A stretch of DNA of 64,000 nucleotides from an uncultured Alphaproteobacteria bacterium (GCA_963742935.1 CAVUOI010000050.1:58710-122709); one strand, 5' to 3'; positions 1 to 14,182 are shown, counted from the stretch's first letter. Program-made: numbers and translations. The notes: generated from the sequence alone by a model not told the origin.

Positions 1-66
1 TGCCAGAACCGCCGCCAGCACGAGTGCGGAATAGCTCAGCAGTGACTTCGGTCGCAGGAGCATCAT
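1..66 (-). CDS. 5' end of a gene running off the left edge; signal-peptide-like N-terminus
   Basis: Minus strand reads ATG ATG CTC CTG CGA CCG AAG... = MMLLRPKSLLSYSALVLAAVLA and stays open to the window edge. Confidence 0.4.
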   Translation of the reverse strand, partial: MMLLRPKSLLSYSALVLAAVLA

Positions 67-186
67 TGGACGACAACAAGCTCGACATATTCAAGTTCCG
101 ACGAGCTGGCGGCCGCAAATGTCTGCTTGCCGGCCTTGGTCAGCCAGCCATCGAATTGACCTGACCCAGAATCCATGTCCGCGCGT

Positions 187-211
187 GGAACCAGCTCCTC
201 ACGGCTTCGTT
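187..211 (+). promoter_or_regulatory. Sigma-EcfG (general stress response)-type promoter
   Basis: GGAAC-N16-CGTT (GGAACcagctcctcacggcttCGTT), ~90 nt upstream of the AI-2E gene start; matches the alphaproteobacterial EcfG consensus. Confidence 0.7.
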
Positions 212-301
212 ATCCGATGATCGACGGAGCTGTCGAGCAAGCTCGCCAATTTTTACCCAACCGAGCAGCGTCGCTTTCGCGCCGTCTGGCTGGAAACCAT
301 C

Positions 302-2304
302 ATGAAGATGATTGCTCGGCAGCCCTTCAAGGCCCGCAATAATGAAGAAGTACTGGGGTTGCTGGGCGCTGCGGCGACCGCCATCCTCGCCGTCGTTATT
401 ATCTCGATGCTCTACTTCGGCCGCGACATCCTCGTTGCGGTCGCCCTGGCCATTCTTTTGAGCTTCGTTTTGGCGCCACTGGTGAATCTCCTGCAGCGCA
501 TTCGCGTGCCCCGCGGGCTATCTGTGGTGAGCGTCGTCATCCTTGCGTTCGCGCTGATCTTTGCAATGGGCAGTCTGCTCGCAGCGCCAACTTTCCCAAC
601 TCGCCGGGGACCTCCCGAACTATCAGTCGACGATCAGTCAAAAGATTCAATCGTTCCGGGACGCGAAGGCAGGCAGCAAGACGCTGGAGCGCGCGTCCGA
701 CATGCTGAAGGATCTCAGCAAGGAACTGGATAAGCCCAAAGACGCTTCCGTCCCCCGTCCATCAAGCCCGACGCTGAGCACGAATTCGCCCGCACCACTG
801 ACGCCAGTACCGGTTGAGGTTCGCCAGCCCGATCCCGGGGCGCTGGAAAGCCTGCGCGCGCTGATTTCTCCGCTGATCCATCCGCTCGCGACCACCGGCA
901 TCATCGTTATCTTTGTCATCTTCATCCTGCTTCAGCGGGAAGATCTTGCGAAACCGTCTGATCCGGCTCGCGGGCTCCTCCGACCTGCAACGAACGACCG
1001 CGGCGCTCGACGACGCCGCCCACCGGCTCAGCCGCCTGTTTCTCACACAGCTCGCCCTGAACAGCGCATTCGGTGTCGTCATCGGCATCGGGCTGTGGTT
1101 CATCGGCACCCCGAGCGCCGTCCTTTGGGGCATCCTCGCCGCCGCGCTGCGCTTCGTGCCCTATATCGGCGCGGTGATCTCCGCCGCCTTCCCGCTGGCG
1201 CTGGCCGTGGCGGTCGACCCCGGCTGGTCGATGCTGGTATGGACGCTGATCCTTTTCCTTGTCGTAGAGCCGATCGTCGGCCACGTCATCGAGCCGATGG
1301 TATATGGCCACAGTACCGGCCTCTCGCCCGTTGCCGTGGTGGCTTCCGCAACTTTCTGGACCGCCCTTTGGGGACCGATCGGACTGGTTCTCGCAACTCC
1401 CCTCACCGTGTGCCTGGTCGTGTTGGGGCGTCACGTCGAGCGCCTGGAATTCCTCGACGTCATGTTTGGCGACCGTCCTGCGCTTTCGCCTCCGGAAATC
1501 TTCTACCAGCGCATGCTCGCCGGCGATCCGACCGAAGCCGCCGAAAAGGCCGAGGAGTTCTTGAAGGAACGATCGCTGGCGTCCTACTACGACGAGGTTG
1601 CTTTGAGGGGCCTGCAGTTGGCGCAAGCCGACGCAGAGCGAGGCGCGCTCGACCAGGAACGCCTCGTCAAAATACGAGATGCCGTCAGCGAATTTGCCAG
1701 CGATCTTTCCGAACGGGATGACGATCCACCGCTGATAGCCAACCCGACGACCGATGCGGAAGCCTCGTCCGCGATCGAGAGCGTGTCCAAAAATGCTCCC
1801 AATGAGAATCTTCCGATTCTCAGCAAGCAAAGCCTGTCGCCGGATTGGCAGGGCGAGCATCCCATTCTGTGCATCGCCGGCCGCAGCCTGATCGACGAAG
1901 CGGCCGCGACCATGCTGGCGCAGCTCTCAACGGCCCATGGCTTGGCCGCGCGTGTCGAGGGCGCAGAAGCGCTTTCGATGACAAACGTGGTGAGACTCGA
2001 TCCAGTCGGTATTGCCGTTGCCTGCTTGATCTACCTCGGTTCTTCAGGGGATGCGCATATGCGCTACTCCATCCGACGCCTGAGGCGTCGGCTGCCGCGC
2101 GCCACGATCATGTTGGTCTGCTGCACCAGCGAGATCGATGAGACATCGTTGAATTTGGTGCGAGAAAGCACGAAGGCCGATCTCGTGGCCGGAAGCATCG
2201 GCGACGCCGTAAGGCTTTGCGTCGAGGCTGCGCAGGCCCCGAACCCGACAGACCGACTTGAAACGCTCCCCGTTTTGGAACGCGGCGCCGTACTGTCGAC
2301 CTGA
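302..2304 (+). CDS. AI-2E family transporter with C-terminal soluble (B12-binding-like Rossmann) domain; split by two apparent frameshifts (~590, ~945)
   Basis: Three overlapping ORFs give consecutive parts: LALAILLSFVLAPLV, QLAGDLPNYQSTI...IFILLQRED, LRNRLIRLAG...LRFVPYIG...LWGPIGLVLATPLTVCL. Confidence 0.85.
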
Positions 2305-2455
2305 ATTGGGAGGGCGCCTGATCCGGAGAGCGGCCCGGCCGTTCTCAACTCCAGTTCCGTGCCACGGAAATCCCTGCGCCAAGTGGCCCGCTTGCCCTCG
2401 GCGCGCGCGATGCCTACGGTTCCTGTCAATAAATAATTCAGCAGGGAGCGAACTT

Positions 2456-3460
2456 GTGACGATTAAAGCTATTTCTCGACGCCGGGTCTTGACCGGAGCT
2501 GCAGCCGTTTCGGCGGCGGCGATCTTGCCGCGTGCCAGCTACGGGTCCGACTGGCGGCCGACGGAGACCGTCCGGCTGATCGTGCCGGCCGCGGCCGGCG
2601 GCAGCACCGACGTGATGGGACGGCTGCTGGCCGCACATCTGCAGACCGCCTGGGGGCAGAATGCGGTGGTGGAAAACCGCTCAGGCGGCGGCGGCACCAT
2701 CGGCACCGCCGAAGTCGTGCGCGGCAAGGCGGACGGCCACGTCATCCTGGTCGGCAATCCCGGCCCGAACGCGATCGCCTACAGCATCTTCCGCAACATG
2801 ACCTACAAGGCCGAGCAGTTGCAGCCGGTCAGCAACATCATCCGGATCCCGAACATCGTGTCGGCGCATCCCTCGACCGGCATCAAATCAATTCCGGAGC
2901 TGATCGCCTACATCAAGGCCAATCCGGACAAGCTGACCTACGCCTCCTCCGGCGTCGGACAGAGCCCTCACCTCACCGGCGCCTGGTTCCTGCAGCTCAC
3001 CGGCCTGAAAATGGTGCACGTGCCGTTCCGCGGCGCAGGCCCGGCGCTGCAGGCGGCGCTGGCGGGCGACATCCAGATCCTGTTCGACAACCTCTATCCG
3101 TCGCTGCCGCAGACCCAGGATGGCAAGCTCACCGCGCTTTGCGTCACCACGCCCGAACGCACCCCGACGGCGCCCAACATCCCGACCATGCGCGAGGGCG
3201 TGCCCGAACTTGCGAAGTTCGACGTCTCGTCCTGGTTCGGCATCTTCCTGCCGAAGGCCACGCCCGCTCCCGTCGTCGAAGCGCTCAACAAGGAGATCAA
3301 GGCGATGCTGGCGCGCGATGACGTCAAGAAGACCCTCGGCAACATGGGCGCCACCGCCGACTGGGGCACGCCGCAGCAATTCTCCGATTTCGTGCAGGCG
3401 GAAACGACAAAGTTCGCCGAGATCATCAAGCGCGAAGGCCTGCAGATGGACGTGAACTGA
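2456..3460 (+). CDS. Bug/TctC family tripartite tricarboxylate transporter substrate-binding protein
   Basis: GTG start after AGGGAG; Tat-like SRRRVL; motifs PAAAGGSTD, ENRSGGGGTIG, YASSGVG, HVPFRGAGPA. Confidence 0.9.
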   Translation: MTIKAISRRRVLTGAAAVSAAAILPRASYGSDWRPTETVRLIVPAAAGGSTDVMGRLLAAHLQTAWGQNAVVENRSGGGGTIGTAEVVRGKADGHVILVGNPGPNAIAYSIFRNMTYKAEQLQPVSNIIRIPNIVSAHPSTGIKSIPELIAYIKANPDKLTYASSGVGQSPHLTGAWFLQLTGLKMVHVPFRGAGPALQAALAGDIQILFDNLYPSLPQTQDGKLTALCVTTPERTPTAPNIPTMREGVPELAKFDVSSWFGIFLPKATPAPVVEALNKEIKAMLARDDVKKTLGNMGATADWGTPQQFSDFVQAETTKFAEIIKREGLQMDVN

Positions 3461-3496
3461 TCGCGTTATCCGGGCCACGCGCCTTCGCAAACAACC

Positions 3497-3524
3497 ATCC
3501 CGTGGTCTCGGCCACGGGATTTTT
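3497..3524 (+). terminator. Rho-independent terminator
   Basis: ATCCCGTGG-tctcgg-CCACGGGAT hairpin followed by T-run downstream of the Bug gene. Confidence 0.75.
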
Positions 3525-3585
3525 GTTTCGATGCGTCACAACGATAAACCCAGAGCTTCGGTTTTCTTCGATCAGAACCAGAGCC

Positions 3586-3741
3586 TTAGGACGACTTGTT
3601 GATCTTCTTGACCTTGGCGTCGGTGGCTTCAATCGACAAAGCCAGTTCCAGGATCGCCTTGGACAGGAGTTCGGCGGCCTCCTTCTGGTCCTGCGACTTG
3701 GCGGCGCGCAGTGCATAATTGCGGGCGGATGAGAGCGACAT
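3586..3741 (-). CDS. Small hypothetical protein, 51 aa (MSLSSARNYALRAAKSQDQKEAAELLSKAILELALSIEATDAKVKKINKSS); below ORF-track cutoff
   Basis: GGAG RBS 8 nt before ATG, host-like GC3-rich codons, TAA stop. Confidence 0.7.
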   Translation of the reverse strand: MSLSSARNYALRAAKSQDQKEAAELLSKAILELALSIEATDAKVKKINKSS

Positions 3742-3789
3742 GGATTGATCTCCGTATTGGAAAAACAGCGGACGAGGTTCTTATCAAAC

Positions 3790-3820
3790 AAAAACCCCGC
3801 GGCTCACACCGCGGGGTTTT
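3790..3820. terminator. Rho-independent terminator of hppA (symmetric, potentially bidirectional)
   Basis: AAAAACCCCGCGG-ctcaca-CCGCGGGGTTTT. Confidence 0.8.
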
Positions 3821-3843
3821 CTATTCAGTCGGCTTTTCGCCGC

Positions 3844-5964
<2,121 letters not shown>

Positions 5965-6287
5965 TGAATTTGCCTCAGACTTTTTGTTCCACCCCACGCC
6001 ATCCCGCGAGCGCGGCTGGCGCTTAATTATGGAGGCCTTCCCTGCCCAAAAGGGTGGCCTCAAATCGGCGGGACCATGCCAAAATCGTTCCCCGGGCGCA
6101 ACGCCGCGGAGGCCAGAATCCGTCGATTTTCGAAAGGATTCACCGCTAAGCGAGCGCGCCGAAAGATCGCCCGCGCCCGTCATGCGGTTTAGGCCAGGCC
6201 CAAAAGCAAGAGCCCGCCCAATCCCATCGGGATCGAGCGGGCTCACAAGCCATTCCAGTACATCCGTGAAACGACCGTTTCGAAGCC

Positions 6288-6497
6288 TTAGACGAGCGAC
6301 AGATTCTCCGCGCTCACCTTGCCCCGCATCTTGTCGGTCTTGAGTTCGAACTGAACCTTCTGACCTTCGGCCAGTCCGCCGAGGCCGGCGCGCTCGACGG
6401 CCGAGATGTGCACGAACACATCCTTGCTGCCATCGCTCGGCTCAATAAAACCGAAACCCTTTTGACCGTTGAACCACTTCACTGTTCCCGTAGCCAT
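6288..6497 (-). CDS. cspA: Cold-shock protein, CspA family
   Basis: [24 protein letters not shown]; GGAGAG RBS. Confidence 0.93.
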   Translation of the reverse strand: MATGTVKWFNGQKGFGFIEPSDGSKDVFVHISAVERAGLGGLAEGQKVQFELKTDKMRGKVSAENLSLV

Positions 6498-6703
6498 TTT
6501 CTCTTCTCCAAAGCACGTTGGCTTTAATTCCGCGCGGCGATCGCGCGGATTCAAATCCGTTCACGACGATGTCTCTGGAAGAAGCCCCTTAGGAGCGCGT
6601 TCGAAAAGGCACGACGGTAATCGAATGGCAATACACCTATAGGTTTCCGGCGAAAAAGCAATGGTCGGCGGGAAATAAAGGCAAAGCGCTGACGGTCCCG
6701 GCT

Positions 6704-7699
6704 TCAAAAATGGCTGTAGGAGAGCCGTTCCAGCGCGATTTCACCGCCTTTTCCGTCAACGAACTTCGGAACTGCGCCTCCCGCGACCACCGTGCCGATG
6801 GAACTCACCGCAATACCGGCATCCCGCGCCGCTTGCACGAATGCCTCGACGCGATCTTCCTGCAGCGTGCACAGGATCTCGTAATCATCGCCGCCGGCGA
6901 TCAACGTCTCCAATCCGACGATGCCGCGCGACACCAGGTCCCTCGCCGCCTCCGACAGCGGGACCGATGGCAAGTCGATGACAGCGGATACGCCGGAGAC
7001 GCCGCACAGCTTGGCGAGATCGCCGGCCAAGCCATCCGACACGTCCATCGACGCGCTGGCATGGTCGCGAACGATTTTGGCCATGGCCACGCGCGGCTGC
7101 GGCACGCGATAGCGTCCGATCAGCGCCTCGCGCGCAGCCTTGTCGTAGGCGGCGGCATGAACTTTTCCGCCATGCAGGATGGCGAGCCCCAGCGCAGCGT
7201 CGCCGATCGTGCCCGTCACCATCACGCGCTCGCCAGCCCTTGCCCCGCTGCGATGGACCATCCTGCCCGGCGGCACCCGGCCAAACGCGGTGACCGAGAC
7301 CATCAACGGTCCCGGCGTCGACACGGTGTCCCCGCCCAGCAGCGGACAACCGAACTGCGCGGCATCTTCGCCCAGTGCCGCCGCGAACGGTTTGAGCCAA
7401 GCCTCGTCGAAGCTGCGCAAGGCCAGCGTCAGCACGAAGCCGGCCGGGATCGCCCCTTTCGCGGCGAGATCGGAAAGATTCACCCGCAGCGCCTTGCGCG
7501 CGATGGTGTCAGGGGGATCGTCGGGCAGAAAATGCACGCCTTCGACGATGGCGTCCGTCGTCACCACGATTTCGGAGCCGTCAGGCTGCAAGGCTGCGGC
7601 GTCGTCATCGAGACGAAAGGCGCCGGGATCGGTGGCAAGCGGCCGGAAATAGCGCGCGATCAGCGAGTCCTCGCCGGACGCGGGTTTGCCGCTAGCCAC
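6704..7699 (-). CDS. thiL: Thiamine-monophosphate kinase
   Basis: GEDSLIARYF, DDDAA, TTDAIVEGVHF, VNLSDLAAKGA, GGDT, DVSDGL, GGDDYE; GTG start overlapping nusB stop. Confidence 0.92.
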   Translation of the reverse strand: MASGKPASGEDSLIARYFRPLATDPGAFRLDDDAAALQPDGSEIVVTTDAIVEGVHFLPDDPPDTIARKALRVNLSDLAAKGAIPAGFVLTLALRSFDEAWLKPFAAALGEDAAQFGCPLLGGDTVSTPGPLMVSVTAFGRVPPGRMVHRSGARAGERVMVTGTIGDAALGLAILHGGKVHAAAYDKAAREALIGRYRVPQPRVAMAKIVRDHASASMDVSDGLAGDLAKLCGVSGVSAVIDLPSVPLSEAARDLVSRGIVGLETLIAGGDDYEILCTLQEDRVEAFVQAARDAGIAVSSIGTVVAGGAVPKFVDGKGGEIALERLSYSHF

Positions 7700-8187
7700 G
7701 CGCGAACTCGTCGGCGCGGAACTGGCGCGCGATCTGGTCGAGCACGGCATTGACCATGCCGGTCTCGTCCTTCTCCACAAAGGCGTGCGCGACATCGACA
7801 TATTCGGACACGACCACGCGGCCCGGCACGTCCTTGCGGTGCTCCAGTTCATACGAACCGGCCCGCAGCACCGCGCGCAAGATCGCGTCGATCCGCTGCA
7901 GCGGCCAGCCCTTCTGCAGCGCATCGTCGATCAGGGGATCGAGCCGGGCCTGGTCGCGCACCACGCCGGCCACCACGTCCTTGAAGAACGCAGCCTCCGC
8001 CGGCAGGTATTTGTCGCCCTCGACCTCGTTGCCGAGCCAATGGCTTTCGAACTCGGCGAAAATGTCGTTGATGCCGGCGCCGCGCAATGTCCATCTGGTA
8101 GAGCGCCTGCACGGCGGCAAGCCGCGCCGCGCCGCGGCGGTTGGCTTTCTTGTCGGGACTTTTCGCTGGCTTCTTGCTGTCTGCCAT
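7692..8187 (-). CDS. nusB: Transcription antitermination factor NusB (apparent +1 frameshift ~8082)
   Basis: RRGAARLAAVQALYQMD in one frame, continuing GINDIFAEF...LRAGSYEL...MVNAVLD in another; ribH-nusB-thiL context. Confidence 0.9.
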
Positions 8188-8189
8188 CG

Positions 8190-8681
8190 TCAGGCCTTTG
8201 TCAGCCGCCGCTTGATCCGCAACATCGCCAGCGCTGCGCGCGCGGCGTCGCCGCCCTTGTTCAACTCGCTGGCCCGCGCCCTCGCCCAGGCCTGCGCGTC
8301 GGTATTGACGGTGATGATGCCGTTGCCGAGCGGGAAACCTCTGGAGACCGCCAGATCCATCAGCGCGCGCGAGGATTCGATCGACACGATTTCGAAATGG
8401 ATGGTGTCGCCGCGCACCACGCAGCCGAGCGCGATTGCCGCATCATAAGGCTTGCCGTTCTTTTCGGCAGCATCGAGCGCAATCGCGATCGCGGCCGGAA
8501 TTTCCAGCGCGCCGGGCACCGTGATGAGGTCATGCGTCACGCCGGCCGCCTTGAGCTCGGCAACGGCGCCTTCCAGCAGCGCGTCCTGGATGTCGTCATA
8601 GAACCGCGCCTCGACGATCAGCGCGCGCGCGCCTGAAATGTCGGTCTGGTCTTTCAGAGGGGCGCGCCGTGCGTCTGCCAT
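8190..8681 (-). CDS. ribH: 6,7-dimethyl-8-ribityllumazine synthase
   Basis: [38 protein letters not shown]. Confidence 0.95.
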   Translation of the reverse strand: MADARRAPLKDQTDISGARALIVEARFYDDIQDALLEGAVAELKAAGVTHDLITVPGALEIPAAIAIALDAAEKNGKPYDAAIALGCVVRGDTIHFEIVSIESSRALMDLAVSRGFPLGNGIITVNTDAQAWARARASELNKGGDAARAALAMLRIKRRLTKA

Positions 8682-8705
8682 CAACTACCTTCCGTCTTGC
8701 TCGGT

Positions 8706-8803
8706 CCTCATCCTGAGGAGCGGCCTCTTGGCCGCGTCTCGAAGGATGGGTTACGTCCGGGCCTCATGGTTCGAGACGGCGCAAGCGCCTCCTCACCATG
8801 AGG
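8706..8803. repeat. Intergenic palindromic repeat (CCTCATCCTGAGG family), copy 1
   Basis: CCTCATCCTGAGGAGC...GTCTCGAAGGATG...ATGGTTCGAGACG...CCTCCTCACCATGAGG; near-identical copy at 52641-52739. Confidence 0.85.
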
Positions 8804-8839
8804 GATTGGCGGGCGTTTTAAGCGCCGTATGTATGCCTG

Positions 8840-9448
8840 TCACTTCATTTCCGACAGCCGCGCCGCATAGCGGGCCATCAGATCGACCTCGATATTGATC
8901 TCGCTGCCGGCGTGCCAGCCGCTCAGCGTGGTGACACTGAGCGTATGCGGGATGATCAGCACCGAAAACGTGACATCCTCGACCGTATTCACTGTCAGCG
9001 ATACGCCATCCAGCGTCACCGAGCCCTTGGTGGCGATGAACCGCGCCAGCTCCCGCGTGGTGCGCAGTTCGAACCGCGCCATGTCGGGGAGATCGTCACG
9101 CTTGACGATGGTCGCAATGCCGTCGGCATGCCCCGCGACAATATGGCCGCCGAGTTCGTCGCCGATCTTCAGCGCGCGCTCGAGGTTGAGCATGGTGCCC
9201 TTGGCCCAATGCTTTGCGGTCGTCATGCCGAGCGTCTCGGCGGCGGCATCGACGTCGAACCAGGTCTTGCCGCCCTCGACGCCGGACGCCACCACCGTCA
9301 GGCAGACGCCATTACAGGCGATCGAGGCGCCGTCGGCAATGGTGGTCTGGTCATAGCGGCAGGCGATGCGCATGCGGTGCAACTGGCCCTGCGCCGTTGG
9401 CGTCAAGGCGGCGATTTCGCCGATATCGGTGACAATTCCGGTAAACAT
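8840..9448 (-). CDS. ribE: Riboflavin synthase (alpha chain)
   Basis: MFTGIV N-terminus, SIACNGVCLTV, NLERAL, GGHIVAGH, NIEVDLMARY. Confidence 0.93.
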   Translation of the reverse strand: MFTGIVTDIGEIAALTPTAQGQLHRMRIACRYDQTTIADGASIACNGVCLTVVASGVEGGKTWFDVDAAAETLGMTTAKHWAKGTMLNLERALKIGDELGGHIVAGHADGIATIVKRDDLPDMARFELRTTRELARFIATKGSVTLDGVSLTVNTVEDVTFSVLIIPHTLSVTTLSGWHAGSEINIEVDLMARYAARLSEMK

Positions 9449-10600
9449 TAGGCGCGCTCGTAAATGGTAAGGGTGTCTTTGCCGTGGTTTTCGGTAGCAC
9501 GCGTCTTGAACGTGGGCGACCCGGTGAGGGCTGACAGCGGCAATGCGTCCAGCGCGGGAATGCCGTCCGCTTCCGATGACTTCAGGTCCGCGCAGCAGCC
9601 AGATTTCATCAACCAGCCCTGCGGCGACAAAGGACGACGCGACCCGCGAGCCGCCTTCCACCATCAGCCTCGTGATGCCCTTGTCGGACAGCGCGTGCAG
9701 CACTGCCGGCAGATCGAGCCTCGGGGGCTGCGCAATGGCCGCGACGCGCATCACCTGCGCGCCGGCCGCGCCGAGTTTCATGGCCGCAGGCGCTTCGGCG
9801 AAGTCAGATGTCATGACCCAAAGCGGGGTCTGGCGCGCGGAATGGACCAATTTGCTGGTGCCGGGCAGCCGCAGCGCGCGGTCCAGCACGACTCGCACCG
9901 GCGACAGGGCCTCCATGCCCGGCAGACGGCAGGTCAGAACCGGATCGTCCGCCAGCACGGTGCCGATGCCGACCAGGATGGCGTCGCATTGCGCGCGCAG
10001 CAGATGCACCCGTGTTCTCGCCGCCTCCCCCGTGATCGCGACCGGCTTGTGGCCGGCGGCGGCGATCCTGTCGTCGGCGGAAACGGCGAGTTTCAGGATC
10101 ACATGCGGGCGCTTGTCGCGGATGCGGCGGAAATGCCCGGCGTGATCGCGGGCGGCTTCCGCCGCTCCGAGGCCGACATCGACCGTGATCCCGGCGGCAC
10201 GGAGCTTGGCATGCCCCTGCCCGGCCACCTCGGGATTGGGATCTTCGATCGCCGACACCACGCGTGCAATGCCTGACGCGATCACCGCATCGACGCAAGG
10301 CGGCGATTTGCCGAAATGCGAACAGGGCTCCAGCGTCACATAGAGCGTGGCGCCGCGCGCGGCGTCGCCAGCCCGCCGCAGTGCCTCGGGCTCGGCATGC
10401 GGCCGCCCGCCGGGCTGGGTCCAGCCGCGACCGACGATGACGCCGTCCTTGACGACGACCGCGCCGACGGCCGGGTTCGGCCAGGTGCGCCCCAGCCCGC
10501 GCCGGCCGAGCGACAGCGCAAGCTGCATGAAGCGCTGGTCGGCCACCTTGGCTTCTTTGGATTTCTGCGCGTACTGGTCTTCCAGGATACGGAAGATCAT
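9448..10600 (-). CDS. ribD: Bifunctional riboflavin deaminase/reductase (apparent frameshift ~9570)
   Basis: [29 protein letters not shown]; C-terminal tail ([10 protein letters not shown]...TIYERA) lies in another frame. Confidence 0.92.
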
Positions 10601-11079
10601 TTGCGTAACGTGGCAACCCGCGCGGCGTCTTCTGCGGAGAGTTCGCCGAGCACGGCCTCGAAATCCTTGGCCTCGCGGAAATTGCGGTAGACCGAGGCAA
10701 AACGGACATAGGCGACATCGTCGAGCTGGCGCAGATGCTCCATCACGATCTCGCCGATCGCCTCGGAGGACACTTCCGCCTCGCCGCCGCTTTCGAGCTC
10801 GCGCACGATCGCGGAAACCATCTTCTCGACCCTTTCGGGATCGACCGGCCGCTTGCGCAAGGAGATCTGCAGCGAACGAACCAGCTTGTCGCGGTCGAAC
10901 GGCACCCGGCGGCTGTTGCGCTTGATCACGGTCAGTTCGCGCAACTGCACCCGCTCGAAGGTCGTAAAGCGGAAGTTGCAGGCGATGCACACCCGCCGCC
11001 GCCGGATCACGGCCAAATCTTCGGTCGGACGTGAGTCCTTCACCTGCGTATCGAGACTATTGCAGCTGGGACAACGCAT
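10597..11079 (-). CDS. nrdR: Transcriptional repressor NrdR
   Basis: MRCPSC..DSR..IRRRRVC..C..RFTTFE, ATP cone, [10 protein letters not shown]. Confidence 0.96.
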   Translation of the reverse strand: MRCPSCNSLDTQVKDSRPTEDLAVIRRRRVCIACNFRFTTFERVQLRELTVIKRNSRRVPFDRDKLVRSLQISLRKRPVDPERVEKMVSAIVRELESGGEAEVSSEAIGEIVMEHLRQLDDVAYVRFASVYRNFREAKDFEAVLGELSAEDAARVATLRK

Positions 11080-11119
11080 CCAACGAGACCTTTGACTTGC
11101 GAAATGTAACTCGCGAACC

Positions 11120-12427
<1,308 letters not shown>

Positions 12428-12607
12428 TGGACGAAATATCTCCACCGCCGCAAGCCCTTAGGGGGCAAGGCGGTCGGCTATGTGTGGCGGTCGAAAGAAG
12501 TTCCTGCGAGATACCACATCGCCCGGAATTGGCCAAGCACTTGCGGTTCAGGGCTGGTATTTATGCAAGATGTGGTGGGGTGGAAGGGCCCTCGTCGCCC
12601 CTTACCT

Positions 12608-12730
12608 CGTCGCCCCGGGCTTGACCCGGGGCCCATAACCACAGCCGGCAGTTGAAGAAGGAAGGCCTCCGCCAAAGTGCCCCTTCCAACGGCCAGGGCG
12701 TATGGGTCCCGGGTCAAGCCCGGGACGACG
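12608..12730. repeat. CGTC-type REP/RPE-like palindromic element
   Basis: CGTCGCCCCGGGCTTGACCCGGGGCCCATA...TATGGGTCCCGGGTCAAGCCCGGGACGACG; related copies at 21828, 43659, 46094. Confidence 0.85.
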
Positions 12731-12756
12731 GAGAGTTATCCCGGAACGACGGAGAG

Positions 12757-13380
12757 TTAGGCAAACCTGTATGCCCCACCCTTCTCCACCGACCGCTTGA
12801 ACGCCGGCCGGTCGTGCATCCGCCCCAGCCAGGCCGCGAGGTTCGGATACGGGGCGAGCTTCCCGAACACTTTCGCCATCTCGCCTACAAAGCTCATCTG
12901 GATGTCAGCCCCGGTCAGCGCCTCCCCGATAAAAAACTCCCTCCCCTTCAGCGCGGCATCGACATAGCCAAGATGGTTCGCCAGTTCGCCATCGATCCGC
13001 GGATGCAGCGGCGCGCCGGCCTCTTTCAGCCGGGACACGTAGAGGTTCAGCATCAGCGGCAGCATTGCCGAGCCTTCCGAGTAATGCAGCCACTCGTTAT
13101 AGGCCTCGTAGTCGGTGCTCCCCTGCGCCGGCATCATCGCGCCCTTCCCGTAGCGGCGGATGATGTAGTCGACGATGGCGCCGGATTCAGCGATCGTGGT
13201 GCCGCCGTCGGTGATGACGGGCGACTTGCCGAGCGGATGAATCGCCTTCAGTTCAGGCGGCGCCAGCCGCGTCTCGGCGTTGCGCTGGTAGCGCTTCATC
13301 TCATATGGCGTGCCCAGTTCTTCCAGCAGCCACAGGATGCGCTGCGAACGGGAGTCGTTGAGATGATGAAGGGTGAGCAT
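12757..13380 (-). CDS. Glutathione S-transferase family protein
   Basis: SRSQRILWLLEELG, HPLGKSPVI, AESGAI, TGADIQM. Confidence 0.92.
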   Translation of the reverse strand: MLTLHHLNDSRSQRILWLLEELGTPYEMKRYQRNAETRLAPPELKAIHPLGKSPVITDGGTTIAESGAIVDYIIRRYGKGAMMPAQGSTDYEAYNEWLHYSEGSAMLPLMLNLYVSRLKEAGAPLHPRIDGELANHLGYVDAALKGREFFIGEALTGADIQMSFVGEMAKVFGKLAPYPNLAAWLGRMHDRPAFKRSVEKGGAYRFA

Positions 13381-13427
13381 GGGTGTTTCCTCTGGTTATC
13401 GTTTTATCGTTGGGCGGGCGCTGTCCG

Positions 13428-13550
13428 GTAGGATAGGTCGAGCGAAGCAATACCCATCCATGCCAACATACTGCGCGTGTGGCGATGGGTTTCGCGGAGT
13501 TTATCATCGGGCCGGCCGAAGGTCAGACCCGTTGGCTACCACCATCCTAC
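13428..13550. repeat. GTAG-type REP doublet
   Basis: GTAGGATAGGTCGAGCGAAGCAATACCCATC...GATGGGTTTCGC...CCATCCTAC; related to 42549-42633. Confidence 0.75.
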
Positions 13551-13701
13551 GGCAATTCGGCACGCCAAATCTACCCTACGTGATCCAGTTCACAGCGCGC
13601 CGCTTCGGCCCGGTCCATAGATACCGGGGGCTGACAGTGGATTTTGCAAATGTCTGAAATCACGCTCGCATAGCGACCACAAGGCCAAGTCGAGACACCC
13701 G

Positions 13702-13902
13702 ATGAGAACGGTCTTCCTGTTCTACGGGGCGATGGTTCTCGGCCTGCTCGGATTCTTTATCGTTTTCCCGGATGCGAAGCCCCGTGGCACTCAGGGCGGC
13801 GGCACGCCGATCCAGACGGCCGCAAAGGCCGTCCGATACGAGGCCGTGATCGCCAACTGGAATCGATATCGGGCAAAGGACGCGAGGGCGGAAGTGCGGT
13901 AG
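13702..13902 (+). CDS. Small membrane-anchored hypothetical protein (66 aa)
   Basis: N-terminal hydrophobic segment VFLFYGAMVLGLLGFFIVF; host-like codons. Confidence 0.55.
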   Translation: MRTVFLFYGAMVLGLLGFFIVFPDAKPRGTQGGGTPIQTAAKAVRYEAVIANWNRYRAKDARAEVR

Positions 13903-13960
13903 CTTTGGCGACGCCGCAAGCATCGCGATCACATTCGGCTTGCCGAAAAGCTGTCCCGCC

Positions 13961-14182
13961 TTACAGCCCCGTAAACCCAGCCTTCACCGGATCGCTGCTG
14001 CCGTCGAGCTGGCGCAAATAGGTCAGCCCGCACACGGTGAGCCGGTGCGTATCCTTCTCTCCCGCCTCCACCAGCGTGGTGAGATATTCCGTCACCTTGC
14101 CGCGCGCCTCGTCGTTGGCCGCGGCGGTGCGGTTCACAAGCAAATCATACGTCTGCATGATGCGGTCGATCGCGGCTTCCAT
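13961..14182 (-). CDS. Small hypothetical protein (73 aa)
   Basis: AGGAGA RBS, GC3-rich; ends LTVCGLTYLRQLDGSSDPVKAGFTGL. Confidence 0.7.
   Translation of the reverse strand: MEAAIDRIMQTYDLLVNRTAAANDEARGKVTEYLTTLVEAGEKDTHRLTVCGLTYLRQLDGSSDPVKAGFTGL

Noticed and set aside
8840-10990. 716-aa RibD-RibE fusion in the ORF track
   Set aside because: Produced by a frameshift near 9570; the true RibD tail is in another frame and RibE has its own MFTGIV start.
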